Of a DNA stretch of 64,000 nucleotides, positions 55,536-64,000 are shown one piece after another (positions within the stretch are counted from its first letter, which is position 1; every line of letters begins with the position of its first letter). The position numbers and the translations under genes were made by a program. The stretch is from Candidatus Marinacidobacterales bacterium. GTDB lineage: Bacteria; Acidobacteriota; Vicinamibacteria; Marinacidobacterales; SMYC01. The stretch is taken from contig CBDCYI010000005.1 of assembly GCA_965224085.1 (NCBI GenBank), positions 1,440,001 through 1,504,000 of the forward strand, given 5' to 3'. The notes under the pieces were generated by a model. That model had not been told where the DNA came from, did not search any database, and was given only the letters and a program-made list of their open reading frames with translations.

Positions 55536-57289
55536 TGGCCGGCATCCCGCAGGACTTCATCGAGCTCGTGCGCTCCTCCACCGACGTCGTCTCCGTGGTC
55601 GCCGCTTACGTGCCGCTCAAGCCCTCGGGAAAAAGCTTCAAAGGCCTCTGCCCATTCCACAACGAGAAAACTCCGTCATTTCATGTCAATCCCGAGCGCC
55701 AGATTTTTCACTGTTTCGGATGCAACGAAGGCGGCGACGCGTTCAAGTTCTTGATGCTGTACGACAAGCTTTCTTTCGTCGAAGCCATCGAGCAGCTCGC
55801 GGGACGCGCTGGCCTGCAAGTACCGAAAACGTCCGAAAAAGCGCGGCGGGAGAACCAGGAGAGAAGCAGCCTTCTCGAGATCCACGTTCTGGCCCAGAAA
55901 TATTTTCAGACCGAGCTCCGCGACACACCCGATGGCGCCAAAGTCATGGCCTATCTCAGAAAACGAGGCCTTCTGGACGACACCGTCAAAGATTACGGGC
56001 TTGGCTTTGTGTCCGATCAGTGGAGCGGCCTGCTCGATCATCTGAAGCGCCGCGGCGTACGTCCCGAGCACGTCGAGCGGGCGGGCTTCGCCATCCCCCG
56101 CAAGGGCGGTGGCGGCTTCTACGACCGGTTTCGCGGACGGCTCATGATCCCCATCGCCTCCGAAGTGGGCAAAATCGTGGCCTATGGGGGGCGGATCCTC
56201 CAACCAGGCGAGCCGAAATATCTCAACTCGCCCGAGAGCCCCGTCTACAACAAGAGCAACGTCCTTTACGGTTTCCATCGGGCCAAGGACGCGGTCCGCA
56301 AGGAAGGCTTCGCGATCCTGATGGAAGGCTACATGGATTGTCTGCAGGCCTATCAGGCCGGCGTCCGCCATGCGGTCGCCTGCTGCGGCACGAGCTTGAC
56401 CACCGCCCACGCGCGTCTTTTGAGACGCTACACCGAAAAAGTCGTCGTCAATTTCGATCCGGACGACGCCGGCATGCGGGCCGCGAGGCGCAGTATCGAC
56501 CTCCTCCTGGAGGAGAGCTTCGACGTCCGGGTCCTCGTGCTCCCTGACGGGCAAGACCCCGACGACTTCATTCGGGGCCAAGGGGGCGAGCGGTATCGTG
56601 AGCTGGTCTCGGAGGCGCCGTCTTTTATCACCTTCTTGATCGAGGACGCCTCGAAGCGCTACGATATGGGGGATCCTAGAGGTAAAGCGGCGTTGTTGAA
56701 CGACGTTTTGCCTGTTTTGGGAAAGATTCCGAACCGAGTGGAGCGCATTGGCTATGTAGGCCCCCTCGCGGAGTACGCTGGCATCACGGACGGAACCGTC
56801 CTCGATGAGTTGAAGCGACACGTCGAGACGAGAGCCCACCGGTTCAGGCTTCCTGCTGTGGAAGCGCCAGCCGTGAAGCTGGCCGAGCGGGAGCTCATTC
56901 GATGGATTCTTTCGAGTCCGGAGGACTCCGCCATCCTCGACGAGATCGAGGAGGAGGATCTGGAAGGACTGAGGACGGCTCCTATTTTGCGAGCGATGAA
57001 GGAAGAGAATAGTTTGGGAAGTCTCAGCACCGACAAGCTTTTGGACCGGCTCTCGCCCGATGCGCTCACAACCGAGCTGACGCGCATCTTGAGTGATCCC
57101 TCTCCGCTGGGCCCGAGGCAAAGCGCTCGCGATTGCCTCAACGGGCTTCGCAAAGAGCGCTGGCAAAAACAACTGTCGCGCCTCAGAGCCAAGCAGGCCC
57201 AAGATGCGGACGACAACCATCTACTTGCCGAGATCAATTTGCTGGCTCGGCGTATCGAAACGTTGGGAAGGCTAGAGACGAGAGCATGA
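55535..57289 (+). CDS. dnaG: DNA primase
   Basis: [15 protein letters not shown] zinc finger, [23 protein letters not shown]; TGATG overlap with mutS2. Confidence 0.96.
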   Translation: MAGIPQDFIELVRSSTDVVSVVAAYVPLKPSGKSFKGLCPFHNEKTPSFHVNPERQIFHCFGCNEGGDAFKFLMLYDKLSFVEAIEQLAGRAGLQVPKTSEKARRENQERSSLLEIHVLAQKYFQTELRDTPDGAKVMAYLRKRGLLDDTVKDYGLGFVSDQWSGLLDHLKRRGVRPEHVERAGFAIPRKGGGGFYDRFRGRLMIPIASEVGKIVAYGGRILQPGEPKYLNSPESPVYNKSNVLYGFHRAKDAVRKEGFAILMEGYMDCLQAYQAGVRHAVACCGTSLTTAHARLLRRYTEKVVVNFDPDDAGMRAARRSIDLLLEESFDVRVLVLPDGQDPDDFIRGQGGERYRELVSEAPSFITFLIEDASKRYDMGDPRGKAALLNDVLPVLGKIPNRVERIGYVGPLAEYAGITDGTVLDELKRHVETRAHRFRLPAVEAPAVKLAERELIRWILSSPEDSAILDEIEEEDLEGLRTAPILRAMKEENSLGSLSTDKLLDRLSPDALTTELTRILSDPSPLGPRQSARDCLNGLRKERWQKQLSRLRAKQAQDADDNHLLAEINLLARRIETLGRLETRA

Positions 57290-59013
57290 CGGAGACCCGG
57301 GTCGGTAGTCTGGCTATCGAAGAAAAATACGACGAGGTTCGATCCCTCATCGCCATCGGGAAGGAAAAAGGCTACCTCCTCTATGACGAGGTGAACGAGA
57401 ACCTTCCTTCCGAGGTGAGCTCGTCGGAGGAGCTCGACGAGCTGTTCGACGTCTTTGGCAACGCTGGGATCGATATCGTCGAGTCCGAAGAAAAATATAA
57501 GCAGATGAAGGCGGCCGGCCTCGCCGGGCTCGGAAAGCAGAGCCGTGATGTCGAGCTCGATCTCACGCCTGGAGCGCTCGAAAAAACGAACGACCCCGTC
57601 CGCATGTATCTCCGCGAGATGGGCACCGTGCCCCTTCTCACGCGCGAGGGCGAAGTCGTGATCGCCAAGCGCATCGAGCGCGGAAAAAACATGACGGCGC
57701 GCGCCATCACCCGGACGTTGATTGTCTCGAAGGCCGTAACAGCGCTTCACGACGGTCTCAAAGAGGGCGAGATCAACCTCCGTGAAATCATCATTGTCAT
57801 CGCGGAAGAGCTTACCGAAGCGAAGATCGAAAAACACCGCAAAAAGACTTTGAAGGTCATGATCAGTATCGAGGCGGCCTACAAACGCTACACCACCTAT
57901 TGCAAGCGTTTCGCGAAGCTCAAGAAGCGCTCGCCGAGCTACGTTAAAAGCAAGTGGAAGCTCGGGCGGCTACGTTTAGCACTCGCCAAAGAAGTGCGGA
58001 GGCTCAACTTCACCGAAGGATGTCGCTCGCGTCTACGGGAGCGCGTGCGCTCCGGCGTCGAGAAGGGCCAGAGCTTCGAGCGGCGCCTCAATCGCTATGA
58101 GTCGAAATTGAACGGCGTCAAAGGCCGCGGCAAAGCGAAGGACGAAGAGCGCAGCAAATATCGCTCCGAGATCCGGAAAGTGCGCGCTGAGAAACGGGCG
58201 CTCCAAGAAGAGTACGAAGCGACCCACGCAGAACTCAAAAGATCGCTCTACACCGTTCGTGAAGGCGAAGCCCAAGCGCAGCAAGCGAAGACCGAGCTCG
58301 TCGAAGCCAATCTCCGCCTCGTTGTCTCCATCGCGAAGAAATACACCAATCGCGGCCTGCAGTTTCTCGATCTCATCCAGGAAGGGAATATCGGGCTCAT
58401 GAAAGCCGTGGACAAATTCGAGTATCGCCGCGGCTATAAATTCTCGACCTATGCCACGTGGTGGATCCGGCAGGCAATCACGCGCGCCATCGCGGACCAG
58501 GCCCGCACCATCCGCATCCCGGTCCACATGATCGAGACGATCAACAAGCTTATCCGCACTTCGCGAAGCCTCGTTCAGGAATATGGCCGCGAGCCGACTT
58601 CGGAAGAGATCGCGAAGCGCATGGACATCTCGGTCTCCAAAGTTCGCAAAGTGCTCAAGATCGCCCAGGAGCCCATCTCGCTCGAGACCCCTATCGGCGA
58701 GGAAGAGGACAGCCATCTCGGCGATTTCATCGAGGATCGCGGGGTCGTCTCTCCGGCCGAACAAGTTATCAACACAAACTTGAAAGAGATGACCGAAGCG
58801 GTGTTGAAGACGCTCACACCGCGGGAAGAAAAAGTCATCAAGATGCGTTTCGGTGTCGGCGATGGCAGCGAGCACACGCTCGAAGAGGTGGGCCAGAGCT
58901 TCGCGGTCACCCGCGAGCGCATCAGGCAGATCGAGACCAAAGCGTTGCGCAAACTCCGTCATCCTTCGAGGAGTCGCAAGCTGAAAGCGTTTCTCGAGGG
59001 TTCACGGATATAG
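57286..59013 (+). CDS. rpoD: RNA polymerase primary sigma factor
   Basis: [47 protein letters not shown]. Confidence 0.97.
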   Translation: MTETRVGSLAIEEKYDEVRSLIAIGKEKGYLLYDEVNENLPSEVSSSEELDELFDVFGNAGIDIVESEEKYKQMKAAGLAGLGKQSRDVELDLTPGALEKTNDPVRMYLREMGTVPLLTREGEVVIAKRIERGKNMTARAITRTLIVSKAVTALHDGLKEGEINLREIIIVIAEELTEAKIEKHRKKTLKVMISIEAAYKRYTTYCKRFAKLKKRSPSYVKSKWKLGRLRLALAKEVRRLNFTEGCRSRLRERVRSGVEKGQSFERRLNRYESKLNGVKGRGKAKDEERSKYRSEIRKVRAEKRALQEEYEATHAELKRSLYTVREGEAQAQQAKTELVEANLRLVVSIAKKYTNRGLQFLDLIQEGNIGLMKAVDKFEYRRGYKFSTYATWWIRQAITRAIADQARTIRIPVHMIETINKLIRTSRSLVQEYGREPTSEEIAKRMDISVSKVRKVLKIAQEPISLETPIGEEEDSHLGDFIEDRGVVSPAEQVINTNLKEMTEAVLKTLTPREEKVIKMRFGVGDGSEHTLEEVGQSFAVTRERIRQIETKALRKLRHPSRSRKLKAFLEGSRI

Positions 59014-59030
59014 CGAACACAAACGAAAAG

Positions 59031-59106
59031 GGGCCCATAGCTCAGTGGTTAGAGCCACCGGCTCATAACCGGTTGGTCCTAGGTTCAAGTCCTAGTGGGC
59101 CCACCA
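59031..59106 (+). tRNA. tRNA with CAT anticodon, most likely tRNA-Ile2 (lysidine-modified)
   Basis: GGGCCCA/TGGGCCC acceptor stem, D arm, CCGG-CTCATAA-CCGG anticodon arm, TTCAAGT T-loop, encoded CCA. It lacks the initiator C1:A72 mismatch and the 3 G-C anticodon pairs. Confidence 0.9.
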
Positions 59107-59154
59107 AAAATGCCACGAATGGACGTGCCTTCACGACAAGTAATGCGAGTGCTT

Positions 59155-59202
59155 AAGACGCCCCCCCGGTCCCGCGCGGCCGGGGCAGGTAACGGCCGTC
59201 TT
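59155..59202 (+). ncRNA. Structured RNA element in the tRNA trailer (possibly Acido-Lenti-1-like)
   Basis: AAGACG...CGTCTT outer stem enclosing CCCCGGTC-ccgcgc-GGCCGGGG and a CAGGTAACGG internal segment. The family name is from memory only. Confidence 0.4.
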
Positions 59203-59206
59203 CGCG

Positions 59207-59236
59207 AAAGGTGCCCATCGCGGCACCTTTTTTTTT
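59207..59236 (+). terminator. Rho-independent terminator of the rpoD-tRNA transcript
   Basis: AAAGGTGCC-catcgc-GGCACCTTT followed by a T run. Confidence 0.85.
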
Positions 59237-59265
59237 GCCTATCCGTCGGTGAAAGAGGCCATTAA

Positions 59266-59991
59266 ATGAAAGCTGAAATCACAAACCTTGTGAAGTTGCA
59301 GAAGCTCGACGACGTGATCAGAGCGCTCGAATCCCGGCTCGCGGAAATTCCGAAAGAAGTCGAAACGCTCGAAAAAGAGATTGCGACCGAGAAAGAGAAT
59401 CTGAAAGCGGCTGAGGAAGGCCTCGCGGAAGCGCAGAAAGACCAGCGGGCCGCGGAAGGCGTGCTCGCGATCGCCGAAGAGAAGCTCGGCAAGTATCAAG
59501 ACCAGCTCATGAACGTGAAGTCGAACGACGAGTACAAAGCGATGCAGCGCCAAATCGACGTCACCAAAGGCGAGATCAGCAATGTCGAGACCAAGATCCT
59601 GCAAGGGCTCGATGCTATCGAAGAACTCGACGGGAAGCGTGCGGCGCGGGGGCAAGAGCTCGAAGAAGGACAGAAGAAAGTCGCGGGGATGGAAAAAGAG
59701 CTCGACGGCGAAAAGGCCACGCTAGAGGACGAGCTCGCGACGCGAAACGACGGGCGCAAGAAAGTGTTCGGCGTTATCCCCGAGGGTCTGCTCGCCGAAT
59801 ATCAGAACATCGCGAAGACCCGCGGCGGGGTTGCAATGGCGGCGGCTGCCGAGGAGCGCTGCCAAGTCTGTATGGTGCGCGTCCGACCACAAGTCTTTCA
59901 CGAGCTCCGCTTGTTCGAGAAGCTCCATCTCTGTGGGAGCTGCGGCCGTATTCTTTACTTCTTGGAAGAAGAGCAGGCGGCAGCTACTTGA
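59266..59991 (+). CDS. Coiled-coil C4 zinc-ribbon protein (DUF164/CT398-like)
   Basis: LQKLD start, long coiled coil, CQVC...CGSCGRILY. Confidence 0.88.
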   Translation: MKAEITNLVKLQKLDDVIRALESRLAEIPKEVETLEKEIATEKENLKAAEEGLAEAQKDQRAAEGVLAIAEEKLGKYQDQLMNVKSNDEYKAMQRQIDVTKGEISNVETKILQGLDAIEELDGKRAARGQELEEGQKKVAGMEKELDGEKATLEDELATRNDGRKKVFGVIPEGLLAEYQNIAKTRGGVAMAAAAEERCQVCMVRVRPQVFHELRLFEKLHLCGSCGRILYFLEEEQAAAT

Positions 59992-60736
59992 CGGCAATGA
60001 CCCCCATGAGCCGGCCCACCCCCTCGCCTTCCCGCCGATAAGAATAGAACCGGTCGTTCTCGCACATCGTGCAGCGGCCGCTGTCGTAAATTTGCGCTTC
60101 CGGAATCCCGCATGCGACGAGCTGATTGCAATTATCCGCGATCAAATCGACGTGGCGCCGTCCGCGCAAGCCCTCTCTCGAGATGCGCTTCAGCCTTCGG
60201 CCTGCGGCGCGAAAGGCTTCCACGACTTCGTCCCCCACTTCGAAACAGCAAGCGCGGATCGACGGGCCGATGGCAACGTGAATCCTCTCAGGGCGGCCAC
60301 CGAGCGAGCACACCGCTTCTTCCGCCACGCGCGCTAGAGTCCCCCGCCATCCAGCGTGGACCGCGGCGACCGCGTTCACGTCCGAAGCCCAAAAGAGCAG
60401 CGGCACGCAGTCCGCGGTGTGAACGATGAGGCCGAGGTCCCGCTCTTTCGTTGTAACACCGTCGCATTCAGGCACGTCCTCATTTCCGTCGATGGTCCTT
60501 ATAGAGCGGCCATGGACCTGTTTCATATAAGCGAGGCGGGGAAGGTTCAACGCTCGCGATAACTGCTCTCGATCGTGGTCACCCCGGTAGCGTGCGCCGA
60601 AACCATGGGCGCGGCTGGTGAAGCCGTGCGGCACGCCCTCTCGGGAAAGGTGCTCCGACATCAAAAGCACAACACCGCCGTGAGTTGCCGAAACGAACAT
60701 TTTCTGTCTAGTGCTCACTCGCTCTGACCAGTTCAA
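59984..60736 (-). CDS. pgeF: PgeF/YfiH family (purine nucleoside phosphorylase / peptidoglycan editing factor)
   Basis: HGFTSR, QVHG, TADCVPL, HAGWRG, GPSI, CT..E...YSYRR; start uncertain. Confidence 0.9.
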   Translation of the reverse strand: MNWSERVSTRQKMFVSATHGGVVLLMSEHLSREGVPHGFTSRAHGFGARYRGDHDREQLSRALNLPRLAYMKQVHGRSIRTIDGNEDVPECDGVTTKERDLGLIVHTADCVPLLFWASDVNAVAAVHAGWRGTLARVAEEAVCSLGGRPERIHVAIGPSIRACCFEVGDEVVEAFRAAGRRLKRISREGLRGRRHVDLIADNCNQLVACGIPEAQIYDSGRCTMCENDRFYSYRREGEGVGRLMGVIAVK

Positions 60737-62370
60737 GCGGGCGCGAGGGCCGCGGCCTGCGCTTTGTCGTACTGGCTTTCTAGAAGCTCGGCCTTCATGC
60801 CGTTATCGATGTATCCCCACGGAAGGCTCTCCCTCGGCGAGCGCTCAGAATAGATATAGGCGTCGAGATCGAGGCCGGCCTCCTTCATTGCGGGCCTCAG
60901 TTCCGCTTCGCCGCGGGCTATACGGATTAGAACCGGCGCGACACGGTGGTCGCCGACGGATAGAAGCGCTTGCAGCGTCTCGAGGCGCGCGGATTTGAAG
61001 TTGGCGTCTACGTTCGGCATGCGCGCGAAAGCCTTTTTGAGCTTCTGCATCTTGCGCGCAAGCAAGGACGGCTTCTCCATCGCGTGCCATTGAAACGGGG
61101 TCCCGGGCTTGGGAATGAATGGGTTGACGCTCGGGATGAGGCGGCCGACGCGGCCGCGCGGTCGGCCATGGGCTAAAAGTTGCTCGCGGACACGGCCGAC
61201 GAGATCGATGATGCCGTCAATGTCTTCGTCGCCCTCGGTGGGAAGGCCGACCATCAAGTAGAGCTTCAAGTTCTCGATCCCGCGTCGGAAGATGAGCTCG
61301 GTTTTCTCGAGAATCTGTTCGTTGGTCACGCGCTTGTGAATCGCGAAACGCAAGCGATCGGTGCCGACTTCCGGAGCGACGGCGAGCGTCTTTTCACCGC
61401 TCATAGAGATCGGGTCCAAAAGCTCGGCGCGCAAGTCCTCGAAGCGCAGCGACGAGACACTAATTCGATAGCCCATCTCTAGGAGCGCTTCCGCCAGCGG
61501 GACGATCTCCTTGTGTGCACCCACCGCGGTGGAGACGAGACCAATCTGGTCGGTGTGCTGGCGAGCGTCGCGCGCAACGTGGAGGATTCTCTGGACTTCG
61601 AAAGAGCGCTTCGGCAGATAGTTGTAGCCTGCCCAGCAGAATCGGCAGAGCGTGGGGCAGCCGCGCGAGACCTCGACGAGAAACTTGCTGGACATCTCCG
61701 TCGACGGCGTGAGCACATAAGTGGCCGGTGGAGGAAAATCCGCACGCTTACCCATTTTCGCCCGCACGAGGGTCGAGTCCCGCCGCAGCGATGGGACGTA
61801 AAAACCCTCTTCCGCGGCAAGGCGGTCGAGCTTCGCGGCACGCTCGCTCGCGCTTCGAAGCACGTCGGTGAGCGTCGGCAAAAGAGCCTCGGCTTCCCCG
61901 ATCGCGACGAGGTCCAGAAGAGGCGCCATGGGCTCGGGGTTCAAGAACGTAATGGGACCGCCTGCAAGGACGAGTGGATCGCGCAGGTCCCGCGCGGACG
62001 CGAGAGCGGGAAGGCCGGCCAGGTCCAAGATACGGACGAGGTTCACTTCGTCGGGCTCGAAGGTAATCGAAAACGCCAGGACGTCGAAGTCGCGCACGGG
62101 CGACTGCGTCTCGAGCGAGAGGAGCGGGGTCCGCGAGCGGCTATATTCATCGAGTTCGTCCGCGTCGGGCAGGAACACGCGTTCGCACACGACGTCGGGA
62201 AGCTCGTTCCAGAACTTGTAGACCGCCTGGAAGCCGACATTCGACATTCCGACGTGGTAGCGGTTCGGGTAAGCGAGTGCGATGCGAAGCCTGCCGCCAT
62301 GCGGTTTGACGATGGTGCCCACCTCGGACGCCAGGCGGGTTTTTTGACGGCCGGCAAGAAAGTGATTCAT
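60733..62370 (-). CDS. Radical SAM protein with B12-binding-like N-terminal domain
   Basis: YPNRY.VGMSN.G, SRGCPTLCRFC (CxxxCxxC), KLYLMVGLP, FIPKPGTPFQW. Confidence 0.88.
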   Translation of the reverse strand: MNHFLAGRQKTRLASEVGTIVKPHGGRLRIALAYPNRYHVGMSNVGFQAVYKFWNELPDVVCERVFLPDADELDEYSRSRTPLLSLETQSPVRDFDVLAFSITFEPDEVNLVRILDLAGLPALASARDLRDPLVLAGGPITFLNPEPMAPLLDLVAIGEAEALLPTLTDVLRSASERAAKLDRLAAEEGFYVPSLRRDSTLVRAKMGKRADFPPPATYVLTPSTEMSSKFLVEVSRGCPTLCRFCWAGYNYLPKRSFEVQRILHVARDARQHTDQIGLVSTAVGAHKEIVPLAEALLEMGYRISVSSLRFEDLRAELLDPISMSGEKTLAVAPEVGTDRLRFAIHKRVTNEQILEKTELIFRRGIENLKLYLMVGLPTEGDEDIDGIIDLVGRVREQLLAHGRPRGRVGRLIPSVNPFIPKPGTPFQWHAMEKPSLLARKMQKLKKAFARMPNVDANFKSARLETLQALLSVGDHRVAPVLIRIARGEAELRPAMKEAGLDLDAYIYSERSPRESLPWGYIDNGMKAELLESQYDKAQAAALAPA

Positions 62371-62419
62371 GAAGCTACCATTATAGCGAGTCGTCAGGAA
62401 TCAGGGAGTCAGGCCGCGG

Positions 62420-64000
62420 TCAATACCTCCAGCTCGTCAGATCCGCTCCCTCGGGCGCGCTCTTCTCCATTCTCTCGACCGCGAGCGGGATAAACATCTG
62501 GTTGTAGCGAAGCCGCGAGAGCGCGTTCGATCGTGTGTGGTCGCCGTTCCAGCAATGCTCGGCGCGGTCGCCATAGTCGATCACACCGTCGTAAGGAGGA
62601 TTCGAGGTGTCTTCGAGAAAGTCTTCGATGAGATAGACGGCATTGTTCAGGTAGTAGTTGTCCATGTCGCCGACATAGATGTGGATCTTGCCTTCGAGCC
62701 GCGGCCCGAGCGTCGCCCAGTCGCGCTGAAGGATGTAGGACAGGTCGTAGTTCTCGCGCCAATATTGGGAGACTTCTTCGTCGATGTCGCCGGTCTGCTT
62801 GTCCCAGATGCGCATCGGGTAGCCTTCTGGGCCGACGGGAGAATAGACCGCCTCCCAAATATCCCACTGTTGCCCCGAGCGGCTCTTCGTTCCCAGCACG
62901 AGCTCGCGCCGATTCATCTCTTCGAGCGTCGCGCTCACGTGTCCCAAGTCGTCCCGGTGACCAGGGCGTGGCGTTTTCTTGAAATCGCTGTCGAGATAGT
63001 AGGCGTTTTTGTCTTGGTAGAGATCGACGACGGTATAGGCGCGAAAGTCGATCGGGTCCGGGCAAGCCGCGAAGCAGCCGTTGTAGTCGTCCGGATAAAG
63101 AACCTGAACCGCCAGGGCTTCCCACCCGCCTGTCGAGCCGCCATACAGAAAGCGCGACCAGCCTTCACCGATGCCGCGAAATTTCTCTTCGATATATGGG
63201 ATCAGCTCGTGGGTGATGGCATCACCGTAAGGGCCCAAGTTCGCCGAGTTCACGGCGTAGGAATCGTCGTAATAGGGATTCGCATGCTGGATTTGGATGA
63301 TGAGCACCCGCGGGAAATCGGGCCCGGTCCACTCTTCGAAGAACTGATAGGCGTTGTCTTGGACAATGCGGTTATAGCCCTCGAGATCGAAGCGGGCACT
63401 GTACTCGGGCTCCAAATCCGGATCCGGCGGCTCGTCACGAAACCCGCCAAAGGTATAGGGAAAATGCCCGTGAAAGACCATCAGCGGGTAGCGCGCCTCC
63501 GGGTGCTCGTCGAAGCCTTCAGGAACGAGGACGTGTGCACCGAGATGCATCGGGCGCCCCCAGAATTCCGTGAGCAGTTTGCTCTGGATACGCACGTGTT
63601 TGATGTATTTCGTGGTGGGCGGATCGGGGATCGGCGAGATCGTCTCGTTCATGACGACGCGGATCGTCCCGCCCTTTCTCGGATAGATCTCGACATCCAC
63701 AGGGTCGTTGAGCAAGTTTCCCGGCGCCCTGTTCCACTGCTGGCCTTCGCCGCGATCCATCGGAAGCTTCACGACGTGCCCGTCCGCGCGATGGAAAGTT
63801 TCGTATTTGTGCAGTAGCGCCTGGACGCGGTAGCGGCCAGGTGGGATGTCAGCGATGCTGTCGATGGGCCAGCCTCGAACGCCGCCGCCGAAGATCACCT
63901 CTGTTCCGGGCGCGAGGCCGTTGACATCGATGCCGAACGCGATCTGGGTCGCCGGCCCATCGGCAATCTGGAAGCGCGGCTCGCGGCTCGGATCGTTCGA
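62420..64000 (-). CDS. Putative esterase (alpha/beta hydrolase); 5' end outside the window
   Basis: GGSTGG nucleophile elbow, SAN.GPYGDA, C-terminal EHC; frame stays open to base 64000 (SNDPSREPRFQIADG...). Confidence 0.8.
   Translation of the reverse strand, partial: SNDPSREPRFQIADGPATQIAFGIDVNGLAPGTEVIFGGGVRGWPIDSIADIPPGRYRVQALLHKYETFHRADGHVVKLPMDRGEGQQWNRAPGNLLNDPVDVEIYPRKGGTIRVVMNETISPIPDPPTTKYIKHVRIQSKLLTEFWGRPMHLGAHVLVPEGFDEHPEARYPLMVFHGHFPYTFGGFRDEPPDPDLEPEYSARFDLEGYNRIVQDNAYQFFEEWTGPDFPRVLIIQIQHANPYYDDSYAVNSANLGPYGDAITHELIPYIEEKFRGIGEGWSRFLYGGSTGGWEALAVQVLYPDDYNGCFAACPDPIDFRAYTVVDLYQDKNAYYLDSDFKKTPRPGHRDDLGHVSATLEEMNRRELVLGTKSRSGQQWDIWEAVYSPVGPEGYPMRIWDKQTGDIDEEVSQYWRENYDLSYILQRDWATLGPRLEGKIHIYVGDMDNYYLNNAVYLIEDFLEDTSNPPYDGVIDYGDRAEHCWNGDHTRSNALSRLRYNQMFIPLAVERMEKSAPEGADLTSWRY

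Noticed and set aside
55676-57220. Long antisense ORFs (this 514-aa one, and 961-2070, 15495-16454, 26287-27273, 41142-42308, 62537-63817)
   Set aside because: They shadow well-supported genes on the opposite strand, as expected from high-GC codon bias, and show no motifs.
59031-59266. Integrated prophage or island at the tRNA; initiator tRNA-fMet
   Set aside because: No integrase or duplicated tRNA 3' end, and housekeeping genes continue. The tRNA lacks initiator identity elements.

Overview
A GC-rich bacterial chromosomal window of mostly housekeeping genes. The gene content (Acidobacteria-type VWA protein, nuoLM next to atpZIBE, microcompartment genes) suggests Acidobacteriota; this is inference only. 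In order it holds: a VWA/chelatase-like AAA+ pair; a BON protein; an MglA-like GTPase, NtrC-type regulator, PAS histidine kinase and lipoprotein run; mrfAB (yprAB) repair genes; argR-moaD-moaE-thiD; a decayed PAS-GGDEF gene; IS630; smr, tsaD and mtnA; a stand-alone nuoL-nuoM-atpZ-atpI-atpB-atpE run; a frameshifted SDR; a DksA/TraR protein, two PilZ proteins, MogA/MoaB, a VWA protein, a PilW-like prepilin and dGTPase; IS200 followed by a head-to-tail pair of ISNCY-like elements; a GldAFG/DUF4340 ABC system; proC and dinB; a compact bacterial microcompartment (BMC) operon; GT2 and GT-C glycosyltransferases; larB; mutS2-dnaG-rpoD-tRNA(CAT); a zinc-ribbon protein, pgeF, a radical SAM protein and a partial esterase. 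Best candidates for undescribed biology: (1) a minimal BMC operon with only an aldolase as enzyme, a 72-aa Cys-rich protein with an encapsulation-peptide-like helix, and tightly spaced membrane-anchored TPR and YHS genes; (2) an unannotated ~110-nt sigma-54-promoted small RNA divergent from a sigma-54-promoted pilin gene; (3) a dispersed palindromic element built from AATGCTG heptamers; (4) nuoLM with its own promoter upstream of the Fo genes; (5) a recurring leaderless-type promoter layout in about 12 genes. All calls come from reading motifs by eye; no database searches were run.
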